From NCBI GenBank assembly GCA_963705105.1, contig CAVPIW010000014.1, positions 254,262 to 318,261 of the forward strand: a DNA stretch of 64,000 bases. Direction: 5' to 3'. The stretch is from an uncultured Nitrospiraceae bacterium. GTDB taxonomy: Bacteria > Nitrospirota > Thermodesulfovibrionia > Thermodesulfovibrionales > Dissulfurispiraceae. A model generated the notes under the pieces. It did no database searches and was not told the DNA's origin. It saw nothing but the letters and a program-made list of their open reading frames with translations. The position numbers and the translations under genes were made by a program. Positions 51,011-59,609 of the stretch are shown here, one piece after another (the stretch's first letter is position 1; each line of letters starts with the position of its first letter).

Positions 51011-51495
51011 TCGCCTGCTATAGACTCATAATCAAGGATTATGCCGCGTTTGCCCTCACCGGTAACAGCGCGGCAGAGCATCCCGGAAGATGGAATCACA
51101 GAGGATATCGTGCAGTATATGCGGCTGAAAGCAGGGCCCTTGCCTCCCTTGAACTTTATGTCAATCTCGGCGAGGAAGACGTGATTAATCTGGAATTCTT
51201 GTTATTGGCGCTTCATATACCCCGGGAGGTAAGGATCATGGACCTGAAGCCGAAGGACCTGCCGAAGGACTGGAGAAGCTTGCCGCCGTCCGATTCCACA
51301 AGGGACATAGGGGCTAAGTGGCTTGCAAAAGAGGAAACGGCGGTTCTGACGGTCCCCTCGATCATTATCCCGGAAGAGAAGAACTTTCTCCTGAATCCCA
51401 ATCACCCGGATTTCCAGAAGATAAGGAAGAGCGGACCCGTGGCTTTCTCCTACGATCCTCGAATAATCAAGGCTCCAAACATCAAGCGGTCCTGA
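51007..51495 (+). CDS. RES-domain toxin (NAD+ phosphorylase-like)
   Basis: YR, GRWN, VYAAES..LA.LE and VPS.I...E.N.LLNP.H motifs. Confidence 0.93.
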   Translation: MIACYRLIIKDYAAFALTGNSAAEHPGRWNHRGYRAVYAAESRALASLELYVNLGEEDVINLEFLLLALHIPREVRIMDLKPKDLPKDWRSLPPSDSTRDIGAKWLAKEETAVLTVPSIIIPEEKNFLLNPNHPDFQKIRKSGPVAFSYDPRIIKAPNIKRS

Positions 51496-51713
51496 GGGAT
51501 CTGACCGCTCGGGGGTTGAAGCTGGGCACGGTGACCGTCGCCGATGGTCATTTGGGGATATGGTCAGCGTTGGGCGAGCTTCATCCCGAGGGCAAAGAGC
51601 AGAGGTGCTGGAACCATAAGATTACCAACGTGCTGGACGCGATGCCCAAGAGGATCCGTGCGGAGGCGGGCGAGTATCTCACGAGGATACCCTATGGGGA
51701 GACGCAGGCAGAG
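51488..51713 (+). pseudogene. Internal IS256 transposase fragment
   Basis: Encodes VLRDLTARGLKLGT...RIPYGETQAE, nearly identical to part of the IS256 at 43.9-44.1 kb; no TIRs. Confidence 0.85.
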
Positions 51714-53258
51714 GCAACCGCGGGATCGGCGGCCGGGGTGGAGATTATATTTCCTGATCTTGTAGCCGATCTGCCGCGGCGTGAGCCCTATGACCTTCGC
51801 CGCCTTCGCCTGGACCCAGCCGGTCTTCTCGAGGGCATCGAGGATCTTCGACCTCTCGATATCCTCGATCGTCGACGGCAGTGCGTCCTTGATGTGCATG
51901 CCGTACTGGGCCTTGATCGACTGGTCCCTGATGTTGAGGGGCAGGTCCGGGAGCTTGATGGTGTTGTCGGCCGACATGACGACGAGGCGTTCGATCGTGT
52001 TCTCCAGCTCTCGCACATTCCCCGGCCATTCATAGTTCACGAACACTTTGAGGACCTCCGGGGCGATGGAAACCGTCTTTGCGTTCTCCTCGTTATACTT
52101 CCTGAGAAAGTGCTCGGCGAGAAGGGGGATGTCCTCCCTCCGCTCTCTCAGGGGCGGCAGGTAGATTGGAACGACGTTCAGACGGTAGTAGAGATCTTCC
52201 CGGAACTCGCCTTTCGAGACAAGCTCCTCGAGATTGCGGCTTGTCGCGGCCACAAGCCTCACGTCCGCCTTGATCGTCCTTTCCCCGCCGACACGCTCAA
52301 ACTCCTTCTCCTGGAGGACCCTGAGGATCTTGGGCTGCAGGGTGATCGGCAGGTCGCCGATCTCGTCGAGGAATATGGTGCCGCCGCCGGCCAGCTCGAA
52401 CCGGCCCTTTCTCATCGCCGTCGCGCCCGTAAACGAACCCCTCTCATGGCCGAAGAGCTCCGATTCAAGGAGTCCCTCGGGAATGGAGGCGCAGTTGAAT
52501 TTGATGAAAGGTCCCTTCTGGCGGGCACTCATATAGTGGATCGCCTTCGCGACGAGCTCCTTTCCCGTGCCGCTTTCCCCGAGGAGGAGGACATTCGCCC
52601 TCGACGGGGCAACCCTGTGGATCGACTCGAAGACCTCCTGCATCCTGTCGGAATGACCGATGATGTTTTCGACGCGGTACCTGCCCCGGAGCTGGTGCCT
52701 GAGGTTTTCTTTCTCCTCGATGAAGGCCTCCCTCTCCCGCTCCACGTCGGCGCACAGCTTTACCGACTGGGCTATGAGGGAGGCGATGATCTTGAGCAGC
52801 CTCAGGTCCTCTTCAAAGGATATGCCCGAGGAATTGAAGAGCCTGTCGACGCTCAGGACGCCGAGTATCTCCTGTTTGAACTTGATGGGGACGCAGAGAA
52901 AGGCGATGTTCTCCTTCGGGATCGCTCTTCGCGCGCCTGTCTTGTCGAGGAAGAACGGTTCGTCGCCGATACTCGGGATGACGATCGGGGAGCCGTGTTT
53001 CGCCACTTTGCCGATGATGCCCTCCCCGAGCCGGTATCTGCCCCGCCTGATCTCTTCCTCGGACATGCCGAAGGCGCTGATGATGGAGACCTCCCGGTCG
53101 TTGCGCAGCGCGACGGTCCCCCTCTTCATGTCGAGGTATTCGGAGAGGACCCGCAGCACGCCCCTGAGGTTCGACCGCAGGTTCAGCGACGACCCGAGGA
53201 TCTTGCTGATTTCGTACAACGCCGTCAGCTCGACCTTTCTGTCTGTATAACTTTTCAT
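51564..53258 (-). CDS. NifA-like sigma54 enhancer-binding protein (GAF-AAA+-HTH) with an aberrant C-terminal extension
   Basis: GAF domain, GESGTGKE, ESELFGHERGSFTGA, LDEIGD, WPGNVREL and NifA-type HTH GWVQAKAAK.IGLTPRQIGY. Confidence 0.85.
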   Translation of the reverse strand: MKSYTDRKVELTALYEISKILGSSLNLRSNLRGVLRVLSEYLDMKRGTVALRNDREVSIISAFGMSEEEIRRGRYRLGEGIIGKVAKHGSPIVIPSIGDEPFFLDKTGARRAIPKENIAFLCVPIKFKQEILGVLSVDRLFNSSGISFEEDLRLLKIIASLIAQSVKLCADVEREREAFIEEKENLRHQLRGRYRVENIIGHSDRMQEVFESIHRVAPSRANVLLLGESGTGKELVAKAIHYMSARQKGPFIKFNCASIPEGLLESELFGHERGSFTGATAMRKGRFELAGGGTIFLDEIGDLPITLQPKILRVLQEKEFERVGGERTIKADVRLVAATSRNLEELVSKGEFREDLYYRLNVVPIYLPPLRERREDIPLLAEHFLRKYNEENAKTVSIAPEVLKVFVNYEWPGNVRELENTIERLVVMSADNTIKLPDLPLNIRDQSIKAQYGMHIKDALPSTIEDIERSKILDALEKTGWVQAKAAKVIGLTPRQIGYKIRKYNLHPGRRSRGCLCLRLPIGYPREILARLRTDPLGHRVQHVGNLMVPAPLLFALGMKLAQR

Positions 53259-53359
53259 GACAATTCTAATGTAGCGAAAAGAGAACAAAAATGTAAAGAT
53301 CAAGACGTTCTTGTCGACGCCACCAAGCACCGCACCGGACAGATTTCGGCTCGTCTGCT

Positions 53360-53576
53360 TTGACCTTATCGTTGCATACGCTTTCCGGAAAGGCGGGGTG
53401 TATGCGTCGAAAACCTTGCTGCGGCGACACCTGTCTCAAGACGAAAGACGAACTTAAGCCAATGGTCGATGACACAAAGAGCGGATTCCTGAAACACGAA
53501 GCCGACAATGCGTATCGTCGCCCTCAGCAAGGCTTTGAGGCGCTTCGCCCCGCCTTTGCAAGCAACTGGAAGGACT
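53360..53576 (+). repeat. ~220-bp palindromic dispersed repeat, copy 4
   Basis: TTGACCTTATCGTTGCATACG..GAAAGGCGGGGTGTATGCG..AAAACCTTGCTGCGGCGACACCTGT..CAGCAAGGCTTTGAGGCGCTTCGCCCCGCCTTT. Confidence 0.85.
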
Positions 53577-53780
53577 ATTCTTCAGAGTGCTTCGAACCGC
53601 TTTTTCATGCACCTGGAAGGATAATCCTACTTCCTTGCGCAAATTCCTTGACAAAGTCGGCGTTATCGTATATTACATATGCTAAAGGCTGGGTCATATT
53701 CGCCGATTACAACTTAAATTATCCTCCGGCGGGCTGATAGACGATATCGGACCTGCCGGGGGGCAAGAAGGAGGAAGAGT

Positions 53781-54614
53781 ATGCAGAGGAAGTTGTCGTT
53801 CGTTGTATTTTTTCTCATCATCGCGGCTTTTGTCGTGACAGGCGCGAGGACCGGCGTCGCAAAGGAGCCGAAAGGAGCCAAGGCGATCTTTGACAGCGGC
53901 GAGGGACCTTCCGTCGGCGCAACGGTATCGCAGACGCCGAAGGCAACCAGGCCGGCCGAGCCGGTGCAGCGGGAGAAATACGTCGGCATCTCCTATCAGC
54001 TCGTGCTCCTGTCCGATGACGGCCAGTTCAAGATGGTTCCCAAATCAAGGGTCTTCAAATCAGGCGAGCGTGTCAAGATGCTCGTCAGGACGAACAAGCC
54101 GGGCTACATGACGATCATGAACATCGGGCCGACAGGGAACACGAATGTGCTGTACAACGAGTACATCGAGGCTTACACACTGCAGGAAGTCCCGAAGAAC
54201 ACGAACTTCCGGTTCGTCGGCGCCCCGGGAACGGAAAAGGTGCTCATCATGCTGTCGAACGAGCCCAACCCGATCGTCCAGCAGCCTCCGGTGAGTGCCG
54301 GGTCGCCGCCTTCCGCTCCCCCTCCGTCGGCGCCGACAGCGACATCGGATTACTATTCGACGCCTCCGCCGAGCACCCAGTCCATGGTCGCCTCCATTGA
54401 CGGGGCGAAAGGGTCGAAGGACATCGTCGCCGAGGACAAGATGCAGAATTCTTTCACCGTCATCTCACCGAAGAACAACTGGAAGCCCGCCAAGTCCGGC
54501 ATGAAAGACATCGTCCTCGAGTCGTCAGCCGGCGTCAACTACGGTGTCGTGCCGGTCGCCGCCATGGCCGACGGCGGCATCCTGACCCTTGAGATCAAAC
54601 TCAAGCACAAATAG
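53781..54614 (+). CDS. Secreted DUF4384-like protein
   Basis: Signal peptide; FKSGERV...V.TN..GY....N.G..G....L and F.G.PGTEK motifs; Pro-rich linker; ends EIKLKHK. Confidence 0.75.
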   Translation: MQRKLSFVVFFLIIAAFVVTGARTGVAKEPKGAKAIFDSGEGPSVGATVSQTPKATRPAEPVQREKYVGISYQLVLLSDDGQFKMVPKSRVFKSGERVKMLVRTNKPGYMTIMNIGPTGNTNVLYNEYIEAYTLQEVPKNTNFRFVGAPGTEKVLIMLSNEPNPIVQQPPVSAGSPPSAPPPSAPTATSDYYSTPPPSTQSMVASIDGAKGSKDIVAEDKMQNSFTVISPKNNWKPAKSGMKDIVLESSAGVNYGVVPVAAMADGGILTLEIKLKHK

Positions 54615-54630
54615 GAGACAGGTGATTTCC

Positions 54631-55671
54631 ATGTCGCAGAAGCATCTGGGCAAAATCGCGGTCCTCATCATCGCCGTTTTCCTGTTCACCTCCTGCGCGT
54701 CCCTCCCCCCTCCCGGCACGGCGCTGACGCCGGAGGAAAGGGAAAATGCCAGAAAGACCTGTATCGCCCAGTACACCGCAGCAGGCGCGATCGGAGGGGC
54801 GATCATCGGAGGTCTTCTCGGGGGCAAGAAGACAAAGGTCGAAGGCGCCCTTATCGGCGCCGCTGCCGGCGGCGCCCTGGCCTTTGCCATCGCCTGGGGC
54901 CATTGCCTTTCCGTCTATTCCGACCTGAACAGCTATCCCGTCGCAGACTCCAGGGTGACGGCGGAGAGGATCGGGTACGCTCCGTCGCAGGGGACGGTCG
55001 CAAAGATCGAGGATTTCTATCTCGATCCTGAAGGCGTTGCGCCGGGAGGGAAGGTGAAGCTCAACGGGTCCTACTATGTCATGGCACCGGAAGGCAACAG
55101 GGAAGTAAAAGTAACTGAAACCCGGACCGTCCACTATTTCGATCCGTCGGAGAACCAGTGGAAAGAACTCGGGGCTGTCAGCCAGGATGTTACGGCGGCG
55201 CTCGGCACGAGGAGGGCTGAGGGCAGCTTCGACATGCCTCCCGATGTGCCGGAGGGGAAATACAGGATCAGCTTCAGGATTTCCTCTCAGGGCAGGGAGG
55301 ACGAGGTGATGAGGGACCTGACGGTGAAGAAAGGCCTTGCCATGGGTCCGCGCAACCAGCCCCGGCCTTCACAGACCCAGGTGGCATCTGCACCGCGGGC
55401 TGACAGCTCCAATGGAGCCAAGTCCGTTGCGGCGGCGCCGGACGGGAAGGCCGCGAAGGCGAAGGAGCGGATGATTATCGTCACGGGAAAGAAGATCAAC
55501 GTGCGCAAGGGGCCGTCGGGCAAGGCCGACGTCATTGCCGTCGTCAAAGACGGCGAGGTCTATCCCGTTGTTCAGTCCTCTTCGGCTGCCGACGGGACCT
55601 GGCACATGATCCGGCTCGATGACGGAAAAGAGGGCTGGGTGCCCGGCAAGTACGTGAAGATGAGGGAGTGA
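54631..55671 (+). CDS. Lipoprotein with a glycine zipper and a C-terminal SH3b domain
   Basis: Lipobox FTSC; AGAIGGAIIGGLLG..GALIGAAAGG; INVRKGPS...W..I...GKEGWV. Confidence 0.85.
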   Translation: MSQKHLGKIAVLIIAVFLFTSCASLPPPGTALTPEERENARKTCIAQYTAAGAIGGAIIGGLLGGKKTKVEGALIGAAAGGALAFAIAWGHCLSVYSDLNSYPVADSRVTAERIGYAPSQGTVAKIEDFYLDPEGVAPGGKVKLNGSYYVMAPEGNREVKVTETRTVHYFDPSENQWKELGAVSQDVTAALGTRRAEGSFDMPPDVPEGKYRISFRISSQGREDEVMRDLTVKKGLAMGPRNQPRPSQTQVASAPRADSSNGAKSVAAAPDGKAAKAKERMIIVTGKKINVRKGPSGKADVIAVVKDGEVYPVVQSSSAADGTWHMIRLDDGKEGWVPGKYVKMRE

Positions 55672-56936
55672 CGGTCATGACTATGGTGAAAAGGTCGCTC
55701 TATCTCGTCCTGCTCGTCGCTTTCGTCGTGTGCGCCGCCCCGAGTGTGCCTGCCGAGCAGAGTCCCGTCACCGATTCCCACGTGGACCGGATCAACTCCA
55801 TCTTCGGGCAGAACGGCATCCGGGCGGGATCGGTGGCGCTGGACATGTACGGCCGCCTCGAGCTCAAAGGGGAGTACGCCGATGAGCAGGAGGTCGACAA
55901 GGCGTTCTCTCTCGCCCAGACCGTCGTCGGCGTGCGCTGGGTATCGCCGGTGACGCCGGAAAACATCAAAGTCAAGGAGTGGGAAAGGAGGCTCGGAGGT
56001 CTCTTTTCCCGTGCCCGTGTCCTCAAGCCGACCGTCAGGGGTGACGAGTCGCCCGGACCGATCCGAAACCGTTACGCCCTTGTCGTCGGCGTCGGTCAGT
56101 TCAAATACGGCATCAACACCCTTCACTACGCCGTTCAGGATGCGACGAGCTTCCGCCAGTTCCTGACGGACCCGCGCAGAGGGGGGTTCCCGGGTGCCAA
56201 CGTCACATTTCTCACCGATCAAAGCGCAACGAGGGACAACATCGCCAGGGCCCTGAACCGGATCAGGGACACGGCCGAGGCGGATGATCTCGTCGCGATT
56301 TACATGAGCAGCCACGGGACGCCGCCCGACAAGTTCGGCGGTGTCCATATCGTCACCCATGACACGGAGGTCAAGCCGAGGGAACGGGTCTGGCAGACCT
56401 CCGTCACCGAATCGATGCTCAGGGATTTCATCGAAAACCTCCGGGCCAAGCGGCTCGTCGTGATCCTCGATACCTGCTACAGCAACGGCGCCTATTCAAG
56501 GGTCCCGGGATTCCTGCCGCCCGGCGGCAAATCCCTCGGCGCCGACGAGGACGAGGGGTACGGCGTATCCCGAGAGTACGGAACGAGACTCTTCGGATCG
56601 AAAGACATCGTCGTCGAGGATAAACCTGCAAAGGCAAGCGCGAAATCATCCGATTTCGGGCAGGACGACGGATGGGGAAAAGTGCTGATCAGCGCGAGCG
56701 GATCGGGTGAAAAATCCTGGGAGTCCGACTCGCTCCATAACAGCATCTTTACATACTACTTCGTGGATGGTTTGAACAGATACAACGGATCCATCAAGAA
56801 CGCCTTTTACCACTCAAAACCGCTCGTCAGCAAGAGGGTCAAGCAGGAAAAGGGCGCCGAGATCGAGCAGAACCCGCAGGTCATGGCGACGAATACAAGT
56901 TGGGATATGAAAATTTCACAGAAACGTTCAAAATAG
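55668..56936 (+). CDS. Secreted caspase-family (peptidase C14) protein with a small BON-like N-terminal domain
   Basis: Signal peptide; RYALVVGV, L.YA..DA, catalytic SHG and LDTCYS, S.E and FTYYF..GL motifs. Confidence 0.9.
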   Translation: MTVMTMVKRSLYLVLLVAFVVCAAPSVPAEQSPVTDSHVDRINSIFGQNGIRAGSVALDMYGRLELKGEYADEQEVDKAFSLAQTVVGVRWVSPVTPENIKVKEWERRLGGLFSRARVLKPTVRGDESPGPIRNRYALVVGVGQFKYGINTLHYAVQDATSFRQFLTDPRRGGFPGANVTFLTDQSATRDNIARALNRIRDTAEADDLVAIYMSSHGTPPDKFGGVHIVTHDTEVKPRERVWQTSVTESMLRDFIENLRAKRLVVILDTCYSNGAYSRVPGFLPPGGKSLGADEDEGYGVSREYGTRLFGSKDIVVEDKPAKASAKSSDFGQDDGWGKVLISASGSGEKSWESDSLHNSIFTYYFVDGLNRYNGSIKNAFYHSKPLVSKRVKQEKGAEIEQNPQVMATNTSWDMKISQKRSK

Positions 56937-56957
56937 CGACAAAGGAGGAGAAATCGG

Positions 56958-57659
56958 ATGTCGAAAAAACTTACGTTCACGTTGGTCTTTACTGTCGCCG
57001 CATGCATGATTATGGCGGGCGCTCTCCTGTCGGGATGCCAGCAGCAGCCGCCGAAGCAGGCCGAGACGCCGAAGCAGGAGCAGGCCCCTCCGCCGCCTCA
57101 GCAGGCAGCGGCCCCCCAGCAGCCCGGACAGCCGCCGGCGCCTGCGGCACCGGCCGCACCGGCTCAGCCCTCAACGCCGGCGCCTGGACAGCCGCCGGCA
57201 CAGCTCGGCAAGGGCAGCACCGATCCGACGGGGCAGACAGCCATCCCGACGGAGGCAAAGCTCAACATGCAGCAGGGAATGAACTACCTGAGGTCGAAAG
57301 ATTATGACAATGCGATCAAGGAGTTCACCGTCGCCATCCAGAAGCATCCGGCCTACGATGTCGCCTACTCGAACCGCGCCGTGGCCTACATGCAGCAGAA
57401 GAAGTTCAACAAGGCCCTGGACGATCTCAAGAAGGCCGAGGAGATCAACCCCAGGAACCCGACGGTCCATTACAACTTCGTCGCCCTCTACTCGCTCCAG
57501 AACCAGCTCGACCGCTCCCTAGACTCGCTCGACCGTTGCCTCGAACTGGGCTTCAACAACTATGATGCTCTCCGCGTTGATCCCGATCTGAACAACGTCC
57601 GCAAGCACCCCGAGTTCAGGAAGATACTCGAGAAGCACAAGGTGTTCATCACGAGATAG
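56958..57659 (+). CDS. TPR-repeat lipoprotein
   Basis: Lipobox LSGC; Pro/Gln linker; TPRs (YDNAIKEFT.AI, AYSNRA..Y); DPDL..VR..PEF tail. Confidence 0.88.
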   Translation: MSKKLTFTLVFTVAACMIMAGALLSGCQQQPPKQAETPKQEQAPPPPQQAAAPQQPGQPPAPAAPAAPAQPSTPAPGQPPAQLGKGSTDPTGQTAIPTEAKLNMQQGMNYLRSKDYDNAIKEFTVAIQKHPAYDVAYSNRAVAYMQQKKFNKALDDLKKAEEINPRNPTVHYNFVALYSLQNQLDRSLDSLDRCLELGFNNYDALRVDPDLNNVRKHPEFRKILEKHKVFITR

Positions 57660-57693
57660 GTTCTCTGCGCGCAATAACGACGCACAGAAAAGG

Positions 57694-57724
57694 AAAGAGG
57701 CTCACCCTTGGGTGAGCCTCTTTT
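57694..57724. terminator. Bidirectional intrinsic terminator
   Basis: AAAGAGGCTCACC-CTTG-GGTGAGCCTCTTTT between convergent genes. Confidence 0.85.
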
Positions 57725-57755
57725 GTTGTTCTTTAAGCTGCTGACCGCTATCCCG

Positions 57756-59429
57756 TCAGACCTTTGCCGAGTCGAGCCGGTACCTGCTGACGAGGCCGTT
57801 CAGCTCCGACGACAGGCGGGCGAGATTCTGCGATGCCTCGGCGATCTCCCTCGTACTGGCGCTCGTCTCTCTGGAGACGACGGCGATCTCTTCGATATCG
57901 TCGCCGATCTGCCCCGATACGGTCGCCATCTCATCCGTGGCCGAAGCGATCTGCTGGACCATGAGCTGCAGGTCGTTGACGCTGCCGACGATCATCCGAA
58001 GGGCGTCGCCGGACTGCTGGGACAGTTCGACGCCCTGCTCGACCCTCTGAAGACTCTCCTCCATCGTGTGGACGGCCTTGTCCGTCTCGTTCTGGATCGA
58101 TGAGATCATCGTGCCGATCTCTGTCGTCGCCTTGCCGGTCTTCTCCGCGAGCTTTCTCACCTCATCGGCGACGACGGCAAAGCCGCGGCCCATCTCTCCG
58201 GCCCTGGCCGCCTCGATGGCAGCGTTGAGTGCCAGCAGGTTCGTCTGATCCGCAATATCCCTGATCACGGCGACGATCTCGCCGATCTGCTTTGACCGTG
58301 TGCCGAGTGAGATGATCAGGCCCGCCGATTCGGAGACGGTCTTCGCCATTTCCTTGACCTCATTGACGGTTTTGTCGACGATGGCTTCCCCGTTCTGTGC
58401 GGTCTTCAGGGTATCGATGGATGAAGAGGCGATGTTTGTCGTGTTCCTTGCGATGTCGACGACGGTCTGGGACATCTCGGTTGCAGCCGTTGCGACCTGC
58501 GAAGCCCTGTTCGACTGCTCGTCGACGCGGCGCGTAATCTGCGCCATTGTTGCGGATAACTCCTCGGAGGTCGAGGCGACCTGGCTCGCCGTCTGCGACA
58601 CCGCGTTCATGGTCGAGTAAAGGAGCGTGCTCAGTCCTCCCCTCATCTTATTGAGGGCCTCCGCCAATCGTCCTGTTTCATCGGCCGATCTGACGGTGAT
58701 ATCAATCCCTGTAAAGTCACCGTCTGCGAGCTTGCCTGCAAGGTTGACTCCCTCCTGAAGAGGCTTCGTTATTCTTCTGGCGACGATGAAGGATAACCCG
58801 AGGATCACGAGAGAGACGACCATCGTGGCGGCGATGAGCCCCCACCGCATCGATGAGATATCTGCCCGCAGGTCATCGACATAGATGCCGCTGCCGACGA
58901 TCCACCCCCAGGGCTTGTAGAGCTTGACATAGGAGACCTTCGGCACAGGCTGTGTCATTCCCGGCTTCGGCCACTGGTAATCGACGAAGCCCTCGCCCTT
59001 CTCGTTGGAGACCTTCACCATCTCCCTGAAGAGGTACCTCCCCTGGGGGTCCCTAAAATCAGACAAATCCTTTCCGTCGAGCTCCGGCCTGTAGGGATGC
59101 ATGATCATCTTCGGTCCGAGGTCATTGATCCAGAAATACTCCTTCTCCCGGTACCGGAGGTTCCTGATCCTCGTGAGCGCCCTCTTATGGGCATCGGCCT
59201 GCGTCAGTTCTCCCGACCTGATCCTTGCTTCGTATTCCGTGATGAGTGAATAGGCAATGGCCACGACATTTTTCGTGGCTTCCCTCTTCTCGTTGATCAA
59301 CTTCTCTTCGAAGGCAGGCATGATATACACGAACAAGCCGATGACAAAAAAGGAAACGGCGAGAACGGAAACAGCCATGATCTTCGTGAGGATCCCCCAG
59401 TCCCTGCACTTCATCATCCTGAACGACAT
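57756..59429 (-). CDS. Methyl-accepting chemotaxis protein with a Cache sensor domain
   Basis: [34 protein letters not shown] and [33 protein letters not shown] motifs. Confidence 0.95.
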   Translation of the reverse strand: MSFRMMKCRDWGILTKIMAVSVLAVSFFVIGLFVYIMPAFEEKLINEKREATKNVVAIAYSLITEYEARIRSGELTQADAHKRALTRIRNLRYREKEYFWINDLGPKMIMHPYRPELDGKDLSDFRDPQGRYLFREMVKVSNEKGEGFVDYQWPKPGMTQPVPKVSYVKLYKPWGWIVGSGIYVDDLRADISSMRWGLIAATMVVSLVILGLSFIVARRITKPLQEGVNLAGKLADGDFTGIDITVRSADETGRLAEALNKMRGGLSTLLYSTMNAVSQTASQVASTSEELSATMAQITRRVDEQSNRASQVATAATEMSQTVVDIARNTTNIASSSIDTLKTAQNGEAIVDKTVNEVKEMAKTVSESAGLIISLGTRSKQIGEIVAVIRDIADQTNLLALNAAIEAARAGEMGRGFAVVADEVRKLAEKTGKATTEIGTMISSIQNETDKAVHTMEESLQRVEQGVELSQQSGDALRMIVGSVNDLQLMVQQIASATDEMATVSGQIGDDIEEIAVVSRETSASTREIAEASQNLARLSSELNGLVSRYRLDSAKV

Positions 59430-59558
59430 CTTTTCCTCCTGGAAGCTGTTATCGCGCGCCGGGGCAGCCCTTTCACCGGGCGCCCCGTTGATTGCATTTG
59501 ATAGTTCAGTATTGTTATCGGAGAATGGGTAATACTCTATAGACGGCGGGAACTTCCG

Positions 59559-59586
59559 AAAAAAAAGGCCCGTTTGGCAACGGGCC
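59559..59586 (-). terminator. Intrinsic terminator downstream of the FecR/DUF6600 gene
   Basis: Minus strand GGCCCGTT-GCCA-AACGGGCC followed by T8. Confidence 0.85.
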
Positions 59587-59609
59587 GTCCTCACAATGAC
59601 ATCCTGGAT

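Noticed and set aside
51318..53363. 681-aa plus-strand ORF (and similar long ORFs at 5452-7059, 31545-33326, 2222-3394)
   Set aside because: Antisense shadows of well-supported genes in GC-rich DNA; the only real similarity is the short IS256 fragment.
53360..53737. Small ORFs with MRRKPCCGDTC..KPMVDDTKS (also 9237-9482 and 11623-11847)
   Set aside because: These are translations of the 220-bp repeat; there is no SD and starts/stops are not conserved between copies.
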